Below are positions 38,511 to 46,765 of a DNA stretch of 64,000 nt, one piece after another. The notes under the pieces are model-generated. The model searched no databases. It was not told where the DNA came from and saw nothing but the letters and a program-made list of their open reading frames with translations. The translations under genes and the position numbers were made by a program. The stretch lies in sequence record MT366760.1, one strand, 5' to 3'. Position 1 is the stretch's first letter. Every line of letters begins with the position of its first letter.

Positions 38511-39204
38511 TGTCTAACGCTCCCTGACTGTCCGTGCATTGTGAACAAATACCACAAGGTGGGTAGAACTCACAACTAATACGGTTTGAATAATCTTCAC
38601 CAAATGTACGACCTAGTGCAACTACTTGTTCTTTTGACATGTGCATTAGGGGTGTATCAATGACGAATGGTTTAGAGAACGATTGGAATAACAGTTCGTT
38701 CATCGTCTTAACGAAGTGAGGATTAATATCTGCACCGCGAGTTGCACCATTGGTACGAGTACCTACATCTAACTCAGGGTCATTTAGCTGAATACCAAAC
38801 GTCAGTTTATTACAACCTGCGTAGATTGCTTCGATTGATGCTTGTAGGAGGAATGCAGCATTACGACCTTCCAACCAAAACCAGTCAGGATGCTCAGCTA
38901 GTGAGTCACAATCTTCAGTTAGAGAATCACGGGAGAAACCTTGCTTTGGTTTGTACCCTTCATGGAAGACACCGAAGTCTGAGATATCGTGTCCGTTGCG
39001 TACCATGATTTCAGGATACGCAACTTCTAAGACGCGAGTAGAACAACCCCAGAAGTGTGCATAGTACTCCATGATGCGTTGTTGTTCTTCAAATACAGCT
39101 TGTCCATAGTTAACGAGGATAAGCATTTTAAGTTTGCCAGTGGCATTGATTAGGTGACCCGCGACGATGCTGTCAATCCCACCTGAGAATAATAGTGCGT
39201 TCAT
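38500..39204 (-). CDS. divergent QueC-like PP-loop ATP pyrophosphatase
   Basis: LLFSGGIDS, NYGQ, EGRNAAFL, TPLMHMSKEQVV, C-x5-CGICSQC; lacks the YPDC motif. Confidence 0.8.
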   Translation of the reverse strand: MNALLFSGGIDSIVAGHLINATGKLKMLILVNYGQAVFEEQQRIMEYYAHFWGCSTRVLEVAYPEIMVRNGHDISDFGVFHEGYKPKQGFSRDSLTEDCDSLAEHPDWFWLEGRNAAFLLQASIEAIYAGCNKLTFGIQLNDPELDVGTRTNGATRGADINPHFVKTMNELLFQSFSKPFVIDTPLMHMSKEQVVALGRTFGEDYSNRISCEFYPPCGICSQCTDSQGALDNVS

Positions 39205-39234
39205 TATAGTGCTCCTTTAGTTCACTATATTTAT

Positions 39235-39241
39235 TTTACAG
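39235..39241 (-). promoter_or_regulatory. CTGTAAA motif
   Basis: Directly after the queC terminator, 31 nt before the QueC-like ATG (AAGGAG RBS). Confidence 0.55.
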
Positions 39242-39244
39242 AAT

Positions 39245-39273
39245 AAAAATGGGCAGCAAGAGCCACCCATTTT
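39245..39273 (-). terminator. intrinsic terminator after queC
   Basis: AAAATGGGTGGC-TCTT-GCTGCCCATTTTT on the minus strand. Confidence 0.65.
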
Positions 39274-39283
39274 AAATTAGCGT

Positions 39284-40090
39284 TTAGCAGTCTTCTGGAC
39301 TAACGAATTCACTGTCAGACCCACCTTCAACTACCCACTGGTAGCGAGCACGTGCAGGGTCATCAATACCCGCTTCATCAAAACCACGCTTACGTAACAA
39401 GCAGCTATGACAAGAGCCACAACCTAGAACAACGTTACCGTTTTCACCACGAGTGAAATCTTTGCCGTTGTAACAGGTATGGGTAAAGCTGATAGCTTCC
39501 ATACATTCATCACCTAGCTCTTGTGCAAGTTCGACAGTAGCCTTCTTAGACAAGTGCATTAGTGGGGTTGTGATTTTAATCAAGTGATCTTCACCGAAGT
39601 CTTCTTCAAGGAACAATGCTGCATTAGTAGCTGCCTGTAACTTGTCGATGAAAACTTGGCGGCAATCTGGGTAACCACCGAAATCTTCTTCACAAACACC
39701 GGTAACAATGTGACGCAGACGATGTACGTAAGCACGGTTGCTAGCAATCGTAAGGAATACTAAGTTACGTGATGGAACAAATGTATTTTCCAAACCACCA
39801 GGGAGTGAGTCAGCATCTGCATATTGCTCAACCTTTTCGTTGCGGTTAGTCAGTGGGCTTGTACCCTGTAGGATATCGTGACCCAAAGCGATGATCTCAA
39901 ACGGAACTTGCGCACGGTCTGCAATTTTACGAGCCAATATTGTTTCAGTGATATGGCGTTGACCATAGTTGAAACAGATAGCACGAACGTTCTCACGACC
40001 ATATTCACGAATTGCCCAATGTAGACAAGTCGTTGAGTCTTGTCCGCCTGATAGTACAACGACTGCACCTTCTTTCATTTCATTGCTCAT
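39284..40090 (-). CDS. queC: 7-cyano-7-deazaguanine (preQ0) synthase
   Basis: VVVLSGGQDSTTCL, FNYGQRH, TFVPSRN, GGYPDCR, PLMHLSK, THTCYNG, GCGSCHSCLLRKRGF. Confidence 0.95.
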   Translation of the reverse strand: MSNEMKEGAVVVLSGGQDSTTCLHWAIREYGRENVRAICFNYGQRHITETILARKIADRAQVPFEIIALGHDILQGTSPLTNRNEKVEQYADADSLPGGLENTFVPSRNLVFLTIASNRAYVHRLRHIVTGVCEEDFGGYPDCRQVFIDKLQAATNAALFLEEDFGEDHLIKITTPLMHLSKKATVELAQELGDECMEAISFTHTCYNGKDFTRGENGNVVLGCGSCHSCLLRKRGFDEAGIDDPARARYQWVVEGGSDSEFVSPEDC

Positions 40091-40101
40091 TTTGTATTCC
40101 C

Positions 40102-41109
40102 TTACTGTTCGATGTGGCTTAGGTCGTCTTCTTCGTCTTCTTCATCTTCTTCGCGGATTTCAAGTAACGCGTTACGGAGTGAACAGATTAGAGACGTGCT
40201 GCTTAGATTTAGGTAGTCTGAATAGAACTTAACTTCATTCACGAACTTAACCTGTGGAATGATACCGCCTGCCCATAGGTTGTTATGTGTTAGTTCGTCA
40301 AACGCTGCTTTAATCGCTAGGTTATAGAAGTCACAGTAAACAACAATAGTATCATGTTCATGTTTAGAGAAGTAATCAACAAAGGTCTTTTTCAGACGCC
40401 ATTCGTACGGGATACCCGAATCATAGTGTGGCATAATAGCCCAAAGATCTTGAGGTACGATACCCAGTACGCCAGTCGCATTCGCAATGTAAGTATCTGA
40501 AGAACAACCAGTTGCTTCAAGGCAGTCAATAACTGCTGAGTGCATTGGTGCAGGGTACGGTTTGTCGGGTGCGCATGGAACAAGAACCAAATTACGTTTG
40601 GTTGGTGTATAATCGTCAAGAGTTTCGAAGTAATCCAAAACTTCTTTACGATGGAATGAACCATTGTTAGTAATGATGAACTCTTTACGCTCATGTTGTA
40701 GGTTCTTAGTGAGTTGTGGAAGTTTGGTCTCCCACTGCATATCACTTTTCCATAGTGCGTCCACCAACTCTGGGCGGAATCCACACACAACTTCGATAGA
40801 GGTACGGTCTAGGAATGGATAACGGCAGAACTGAGTTGACTTGTCTACGTTAAGTAAACGAGAAACTTGTTCGTCGTGCTCAAAGTGAACTTGAGGTGTA
40901 CTACAATCCGCACCTAAATAGTTAAGTAGTGGAACCCAAGAAGCGGGTGGTCGAGTAACCGTCCACGGCTCCGAAGACTCTGCTACCACTTTGAAGATAT
41001 CTAGGTATGAACCATAGCGATCTTCGTATCGACCACCCGATGGCATTTGGGATAAGTCGATGTGACGGTCTTCTTTATCAATGACCGTTTCTGAGGAGTT
41101 TACTGTCAT
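40102..41109 (-). CDS. archaeosine synthase ArcS/TgtA2 core (DUF5591)-like protein
   Basis: RKEVLDYF..YTPTKRNLVLVPCAPDKPY..H and GVLGIVPQDL..PHYD match the recalled ArcS core motifs PCSxxKPY and LGLVPREL..HYD. Confidence 0.7.
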   Translation of the reverse strand: MTVNSSETVIDKEDRHIDLSQMPSGGRYEDRYGSYLDIFKVVAESSEPWTVTRPPASWVPLLNYLGADCSTPQVHFEHDEQVSRLLNVDKSTQFCRYPFLDRTSIEVVCGFRPELVDALWKSDMQWETKLPQLTKNLQHERKEFIITNNGSFHRKEVLDYFETLDDYTPTKRNLVLVPCAPDKPYPAPMHSAVIDCLEATGCSSDTYIANATGVLGIVPQDLWAIMPHYDSGIPYEWRLKKTFVDYFSKHEHDTIVVYCDFYNLAIKAAFDELTHNNLWAGGIIPQVKFVNEVKFYSDYLNLSSTSLICSLRNALLEIREEDEEDEEDDLSHIEQ

Positions 41110-41160
41110 AGTAGTGTTTTCCTATAGTGGTATTTTGGTGGGTGGAATTACCCACCGCAA

Positions 41161-42483
41161 TTAGTTTACAGAATAATGTGAGTATGTTTCTTCCCACGCT
41201 AAAAATTTATTTATTCCCCTTAGAAATAGTATTACGGTGATGTCACCGATACCTTTCTTATTCATAAGCCTATTATACATCTGACCACGTGTAAGGGAAG
41301 CGGGTTCATCACCTAGGTCTTTGAATATCTGAGTGAGTTTAGCGGGTGGGATGGTAGCTCCCTCTTGTGTGACGAAAGCACCAGACACAAGTGCACGCTG
41401 TGTTAATGTCAGCCTTCTAACTGAGTTTTGGAGTGCGTTGTAGAGTATACGAATTGTCGTAGTACCAAAGCCGTTTAGCTTAGCTAAGTCTTCTTCGGTG
41501 GCATCCATTAAAGCAAAGATGTCACTATATTTACGTGATATTTCACTAACCTTGGCATCAGAAATGTTACGTATCGAAAGCACGGAGGATAGTGCGTAAT
41601 TTAAATGGGCTTTTTTCCTACCGTCACAGTCTAAGTTATAGCAGAACAGTCGATGGTCATCTTCAAATATGTCACCACGGCACGACGGACACTTCTTAAG
41701 ATTCTCGGTTGCGTGTGGTGAGTGATATACCTTTTCTATTGACGGTGGTAAGTTCTTAGGTTTGTTAACGTTCAGCATGATTGCTGTACCAACACCAACA
41801 CCAAGGTCATGAAGCACCTTGCATGATTGCAGTGGTATGTTGCTGTAGGACGTATGATTAGTCGTCAGCTTTTCTATTTCCAAGGTTGGTCGGATTTCAC
41901 CAGTACGCTGAACCTTATAACGAATGTGGGTTACGACAGTTACTAGATGTGTCTTATCTTTCTTCTTCCAGTACCAATAGAAATTACCATTAGCGACGAC
42001 CACACCCTTGCGTGCTTTGACGTTCACCAATACATCTTTTAGTTTTGAACTGGAAACGGAACAACGCAGGGGTGATAAATGGTCAGCGGGGATGAAGCCA
42101 TCCTTAACTGCTGAAAGTTCATTACTATGCAGGAATATGAAGTCAGTATCTCCAGATTTCAAACCGCGCATAACCTCTTTAGGTTTAGAAGCACTTATCG
42201 GGTTCACTATCTGAGTAGTTAGGATTCCCAACACTTGTCCTTTTGGATGCGCAATGCGGTTGGGGATAAGACCGTTATCAACTATTCTATGGAAGTCTAT
42301 GGCTTTGAGTCTATTGTATTTCTTGTGGTCGTAAGCTATCCAAGCACCAATAGGTGTGTGTGCTTCATACACCACTTTAATAGGTACACCGCTCAACCCA
42401 GGATATACATGATAATGAACCACCTTAGACTTTTCTAATTCGCGTTGGTGGTTCTTATTGAATTTCTTAATTTGAGAGTTCAT
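41161..42483 (-). CDS. catalytically degenerate NAD-ligase paralogue (OB fold, C4 Zn finger, HhH)
   Basis: VQRTGEIRP, CPSC..FCYN.DC, HhH GFGTTT; KxDG region reads PGLSGVP. Start moved to 42483 (GGAGG RBS). Confidence 0.7.
   Translation of the reverse strand: MNSQIKKFNKNHQRELEKSKVVHYHVYPGLSGVPIKVVYEAHTPIGAWIAYDHKKYNRLKAIDFHRIVDNGLIPNRIAHPKGQVLGILTTQIVNPISASKPKEVMRGLKSGDTDFIFLHSNELSAVKDGFIPADHLSPLRCSVSSSKLKDVLVNVKARKGVVVANGNFYWYWKKKDKTHLVTVVTHIRYKVQRTGEIRPTLEIEKLTTNHTSYSNIPLQSCKVLHDLGVGVGTAIMLNVNKPKNLPPSIEKVYHSPHATENLKKCPSCRGDIFEDDHRLFCYNLDCDGRKKAHLNYALSSVLSIRNISDAKVSEISRKYSDIFALMDATEEDLAKLNGFGTTTIRILYNALQNSVRRLTLTQRALVSGAFVTQEGATIPPAKLTQIFKDLGDEPASLTRGQMYNRLMNKKGIGDITVILFLRGINKFLAWEETYSHYSVN
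41165..41171 (-). promoter_or_regulatory. CTGTAAA motif
   Basis: In the last codons of 41161..42483, 56 nt before the ArcS-like ATG. Confidence 0.45.
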
Positions 42484-42922
42484 GGAATACTTCCTCCCAT
42501 GTCCCGACGTTACCACGATGGATAAGTACACCTAGACGGAATTCAAGTGTTGCACGTTCCAAGTCTTGGCGGATTAGTTCTTCTATGTTCATACCATCAG
42601 GTAGTCTACGGTTGACGACTTCAACGTCTAAGTCTTCTTCGACAGCTTTCCACATAAAGTAGGATGCTAGGAAGTTGCGAACCAATGTAGGTCGGGTATG
42701 TGTTGTGAAAGTAGACTTAGGCTTCATTAAGTCTCGGGCTTTACTGAGGTACTGCGGAAGTAGCTTACCGGCTACATGTAATTTGTCACGGTCTGTATTG
42801 ACCAATGCTTCTAGGAAACCGAAGTCTCCTTCATCCGCTAGCTTTTCAACTAACGAGATATCAACTGTTGACTTTACATAGGTGAAAGTTTCCTCAGCAA
42901 GAGCGACTATGGTTTTGTCCAT
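42467..42922 (-). CDS. hypothetical protein
   Basis: AGGA RBS; CTGTAAA at 42974-42980 upstream. Confidence 0.65.
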   Translation of the reverse strand: MDKTIVALAEETFTYVKSTVDISLVEKLADEGDFGFLEALVNTDRDKLHVAGKLLPQYLSKARDLMKPKSTFTTHTRPTLVRNFLASYFMWKAVEEDLDVEVVNRRLPDGMNIEELIRQDLERATLEFRLGVLIHRGNVGTWEEVFHELSN

Positions 42923-43002
42923 ATTTATCGTCCTCTACTAATTATAGTTGTGATAGTTATTTCATACTATTACTTTACAGAGTCTCTACTAGGAGGTTCA
43001 TT

Positions 43003-43587
43003 ATGAATCACTCTAAAGAACATTTACTTGATATCTCGACTAATCGTACGATTAAGGTCATTGCCGCTTTTGATGAAGAGGGTGCGTTGGGCTTTAGACA
43101 TAAACTGCTCTATCGTATACCGGATGACTTGCGTAGATTCAAGGAGCTCACTAATGGGCATTGGTTAATCATGGGTCGCAAGACCTACGAATCGTTAGAA
43201 GAAGGATTCTTAAGAGGACGAAACATTATTGTGGTAACCAGTAAACGTGGTTACTACCTACCACTAGTTACCGACGAGGGTTCATCAGTTCAGCTTGCGG
43301 CTTCATATGAGGATGCCGTTGTTATGTTTGATGAATTAGCTAGTGAAGATCAGATTCTTTGGGTTGCGGGTGGTGAGTCGATTTATCGGCAAGCACTACG
43401 TAGCCCACGTGTCAAGTTAAGTGGCTATGAGATAACTCTCATCTATGAGTCAGCTATTAACTTTGATGCAATGTTCCCAGAAAACAGAGAAGGTGACTTG
43501 AATGATATGGAGCTTTACGAATGTCAGTTTTCTCGACCAATGCAACATGGTGATACGTGGTTCGAATTTGCTAGTTTGACCTTGTAG
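43003..43587 (+). CDS. folA: dihydrofolate reductase
   Basis: IAAFDEEGALG, DDLRRFKELT, IMGRKTYES, GRNIIVVT, VAGGESIY, FDAMFP. Confidence 0.95.
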   Translation: MNHSKEHLLDISTNRTIKVIAAFDEEGALGFRHKLLYRIPDDLRRFKELTNGHWLIMGRKTYESLEEGFLRGRNIIVVTSKRGYYLPLVTDEGSSVQLAASYEDAVVMFDELASEDQILWVAGGESIYRQALRSPRVKLSGYEITLIYESAINFDAMFPENREGDLNDMELYECQFSRPMQHGDTWFEFASLTL

Positions 43588-43595
43588 AGCTATTT

Positions 43596-43628
43596 AAACC
43601 CTGTGTACTTACGTGCATGGGGTTTTTT
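43596..43628 (+). terminator. intrinsic terminator
   Basis: AAACCCTGTGTAC/GTGCATGGGGTTT stem plus T-tract; followed at once by CTGTAAA (43632-43638). Confidence 0.7.
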
Positions 43629-43673
43629 ATTCTGTAAAGTTGGTGTAGTTTACCCATCATTAAAGACAAGAAG

Positions 43674-45170
43674 ATGACTAAGATTAAATTGTCCAAGTAC
43701 CAGAAGGACGTAAAGAAACATGTGAAAAAGCGCATGTTTAAAAAGAAGAAGCTTAGTAACTTGGTTGTTCAAGCGTGTGCGGGTTCTGGTAAGTCATTTA
43801 CTCTTTGGAATGTCGTTGACGACTTAGTAAGGGCTCACCCGTCCAAAACAATCAAGTTCTTAGCGTTCAACACTGAAATTGCTAAAGAAGGTAACGCTAA
43901 ACTAAAAGAACTAGGTTATGACAATGTAGAGGTCATGACTATCCATAGTTTTGGTTTATCATTGATTCGTGAACTATGGAAAGAGCCACCGTCGATTGAC
44001 CAATCTAAGGTTTGGCGTTATTTAACACACAAGAATCTAGGGAAGAATCTAGGTCACTTTGCATTTACTCTAAATAAGATACGTGATTTAGGTATCACGG
44101 AAACCCGACCTAAGAAACTTAAGAAGTTACTTAAGGATGAGTGGTGTGATTTCCTAAACATTGATTCACCAATGGGTTCTTCAGTATTGAAAAACATAGA
44201 TGTACTTTGTGATATGCTGAATGAACTTGATAGGGATTTCAAACACATTGACTTCAATGATATGTGTAGATACCCGATTATCCATGACCTAGTCAAGCGT
44301 GTTAAACATCTAATACCTGACATACTACTGATAGACGAAGTCCAAGATCTCAACGGTTATCAAATTGGTATGGTTAGTAAGATGTTAGAAGCTAAACCAC
44401 ACATGAGGGTTATGGCGGTTGGTGATGATTGGCAGGCTATATACGGATTCAGGGGTGCTATTGATAGTATGAGTAAAGTTAAATCTTTACTTGACGCAGA
44501 AGAATTACCTTTGTCTACAACGTACCGTACTCGAAGTAAAATTGTTGATTGGATTAAACAACATCTGGGTGGTGCCGACCACTTGGAAGCTGAGAGGGAG
44601 GGTGGTGAGGTTTTCGAAGTCAATGGTCTTGAGTCGGATACTTATGCAGTTAAGTTCATGATGCACCATAAGATTGGTATGGTGGTCAGCCCGAAAAACA
44701 AACACCTTATTCGAATTGCTATCACTCTCATTGATAACGAAGTTGACTTCACTATGAGGAAGTCGGGTGTGTTAGAAGAAGTGCGGTTGCTAATTAAAAA
44801 ACAGGATTCTAAAACAATGACTGGTCTTCGTAAAGGTCTAGGTCTGGAGAAAAAGAATGCTCCGAGTGGTATGAAGGGTAGGGAAATCAAAGACTTAGTG
44901 GAAACTACGCTGTTCTTCTTAAACCACTTTTCATTCGCAACGCCCCTTGATGCCTTGAGTAAAATCACTAGTCTTAAGCGTAGGGATAGGGGTAGGGGTA
45001 TCCAACTACACACGGGGCATTCTTCAAAAGGGTTAGAAGCTCCGGTTGTCGCGGTCATTGAGGACTTCTTCAAAATGGAAGGTGGTCAGAAAAAGAATCT
45101 TAAGTATGTATCTTACACTAGGGCTATCGACAAATTAATTGTTATAGAACCTTATTCAGGAGGAAAGTAA
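43674..45170 (+). CDS. UvrD/Rep-like SF1 helicase
   Basis: ACAGSGKS, IDEVQD, VGDDWQAIYGFRGA, TTYR, HSSKGLE, YVSYTRA. Confidence 0.9.
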   Translation: MTKIKLSKYQKDVKKHVKKRMFKKKKLSNLVVQACAGSGKSFTLWNVVDDLVRAHPSKTIKFLAFNTEIAKEGNAKLKELGYDNVEVMTIHSFGLSLIRELWKEPPSIDQSKVWRYLTHKNLGKNLGHFAFTLNKIRDLGITETRPKKLKKLLKDEWCDFLNIDSPMGSSVLKNIDVLCDMLNELDRDFKHIDFNDMCRYPIIHDLVKRVKHLIPDILLIDEVQDLNGYQIGMVSKMLEAKPHMRVMAVGDDWQAIYGFRGAIDSMSKVKSLLDAEELPLSTTYRTRSKIVDWIKQHLGGADHLEAEREGGEVFEVNGLESDTYAVKFMMHHKIGMVVSPKNKHLIRIAITLIDNEVDFTMRKSGVLEEVRLLIKKQDSKTMTGLRKGLGLEKKNAPSGMKGREIKDLVETTLFFLNHFSFATPLDALSKITSLKRRDRGRGIQLHTGHSSKGLEAPVVAVIEDFFKMEGGQKKNLKYVSYTRAIDKLIVIEPYSGGK

Positions 45171-45171
45171 A

Positions 45172-45645
45172 ATGAAATTAACAGCAGAAGAAGCTATGTT
45201 CTTACGAACGCATATAGTTAAACCAGAAGGTAAGACAATGCGTGATGTTGCGTCTGCCATATGTGAAATATCAATTGAACCCGTAAACAGTTATCCATCA
45301 GAATATCGTGATGCAGTCAGTGGATTGCTAGAGAAGTTCAAAAGTAACTTTGAATCACTGAGGGGAGAAACATGTGCGAGTTTTACTGACGTCGAAGACT
45401 ATAAGTTCGATATATTCCAAGGTCGCCACGATGGATCTTCAGCTATCTGTATGTTGGTATGTCAACAATGTACTATTTCACCGAGTGGTTTCACATACAC
45501 ATATGGGATACAATGTGAGCGATATACGAAACCTAAACAGGATCCAATCTTACAGATAAATACTAAAGTGTCTATTCAAAGTCATACACCAGTGATAGAT
45601 ACTTTCCGTTTGCCAAATCTAAGGCAAGAAGTTATGTTTTTCTAG
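45172..45645 (+). CDS. hypothetical protein
   Basis: AGGAGG RBS; coupled to the helicase stop. Confidence 0.65.
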   Translation: MKLTAEEAMFLRTHIVKPEGKTMRDVASAICEISIEPVNSYPSEYRDAVSGLLEKFKSNFESLRGETCASFTDVEDYKFDIFQGRHDGSSAICMLVCQQCTISPSGFTYTYGIQCERYTKPKQDPILQINTKVSIQSHTPVIDTFRLPNLRQEVMFF

Positions 45646-45647
45646 AT

Positions 45648-45675
45648 AAAAGCCATCCTTAGGGGTGGCTTTTTT
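45648..45675 (+). terminator. intrinsic terminator
   Basis: AAAAGCCATCC-TTAG-GGGTGGCTTTTTT. Confidence 0.75.
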
Positions 45676-45730
45676 ATCTCTAACCTAATTTAAATTGCAA
45701 TATTGCACAGAACAAAATGAGGACAGAGAT

Positions 45731-46015
45731 ATGCCAATGATGGATGTTCCACAAATGAACAAGAAGCTTAAGGAGCTTAAGAAGATTGCTAAGAACGCTA
45801 CGGGTGTCCGTAAAGATCCGGCAATTAAGAAAGTTAAGTCGATGGAAGCCAAAATCAAGAAGGCTCGTTCGATGAAAGCTAAAGAAGGAGCGAAGGGTCG
45901 CAAGAAGATGGCTAAAGCAGGTGTCAGTTGCGACCGCAAGCGCGTAGAGGCTGCACTCAAGGGTTGGAAGACTCGCCGCAAACTCCACGGAAAATCAGGT
46001 TGTAAAAATAAGTAA
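45731..46015 (+). CDS. small Lys/Ala-rich basic protein (histone H1-like composition)
   Basis: GAGGA RBS before the ATG at 45731; monocistronic between two terminators. Confidence 0.7.
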   Translation: MPMMDVPQMNKKLKELKKIAKNATGVRKDPAIKKVKSMEAKIKKARSMKAKEGAKGRKKMAKAGVSCDRKRVEAALKGWKTRRKLHGKSGCKNK

Positions 46016-46028
46016 CAGATCACAAATT

Positions 46029-46051
46029 ACCGCCTTTCGGGGCGGTTTTTT
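46029..46051 (+). terminator. intrinsic terminator
   Basis: ACCGCC stem, TTCG loop, GGCGGT, T6. Confidence 0.85.
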
Positions 46052-46765
46052 GTTCTCTAAAATCGGAAAATCAAAAATCGTCTAAATAGAGGTTTAGAGC
46101 GTCTAGACCTCAAAAGTTTGATAGCAAAAAACCCTGATAGTGTTGTGCCCGTATAGGGCAAAAATGCCCTCTCAAAATCGCGTTTACAGGTGTCAAATCG
46201 TCCCACAGATGCCTCTACAGAACACCCCGTTCACCCAATTTTTCGCCAAACACCCCAAAATCATCGAGGCACAATTTTTTAGACATGATATATCACTTAT
46301 CAGTGAATATAACCGAAATGTCTTCTATCTATCTACTGATCTCCACCTCTCTGGTCTGACCTCCGACTAAGTCTGGTCTACCTATAAGCATGGAGTAACC
46401 AAATATCATATATCATTAAACTACCCACTTAGACATAGATATAGATACCATATTTATAAATAGGAGGTGGTCTAGACGATTTAGAGATTTGCACAAAATT
46501 GAGTTTTTTAACGTTTTTTAACGTTTTTTATAACCCCAGATATCATCCCTTATTTCCACACTAATTTGATATAATTCAAATATGCTTGATTATGTAAATA
46601 CGTTATGAAGTTAATGGGGACAGGAGCCGCAACTCTTGGGATAACGATAGTGGATTGATGACCCGCGAACACTGGGTAGTTTTTCATAGCTAGCTATTCA
46701 GCACTCAAATCCCTAACCTGTTAACTTCCATCACCTATTCAACATAATTTATTAGGACTTTAGCT
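46052..46765. other. long non-coding region (candidate origin/packaging or regulatory locus)
   Basis: No credible ORF; A/T tracts, palindromes, tandem repeat. Confidence 0.55.
46503..46530 (+). repeat. 10-bp tandem repeat (GTTTTTTAAC x ~2.8)
   Basis: gttttttaac gttttttaac gtttttta. Confidence 0.85.

Noticed and set aside
45680-46023. Two minus-strand ORFs over the basic protein
   Set aside because: Same antisense artefact; the RBS and terminators support only the plus-strand gene
46200-46265. G-quadruplex on the minus strand (also 50890-50990)
   Set aside because: G-runs are separated by loops of 16-30 nt; too weak to call
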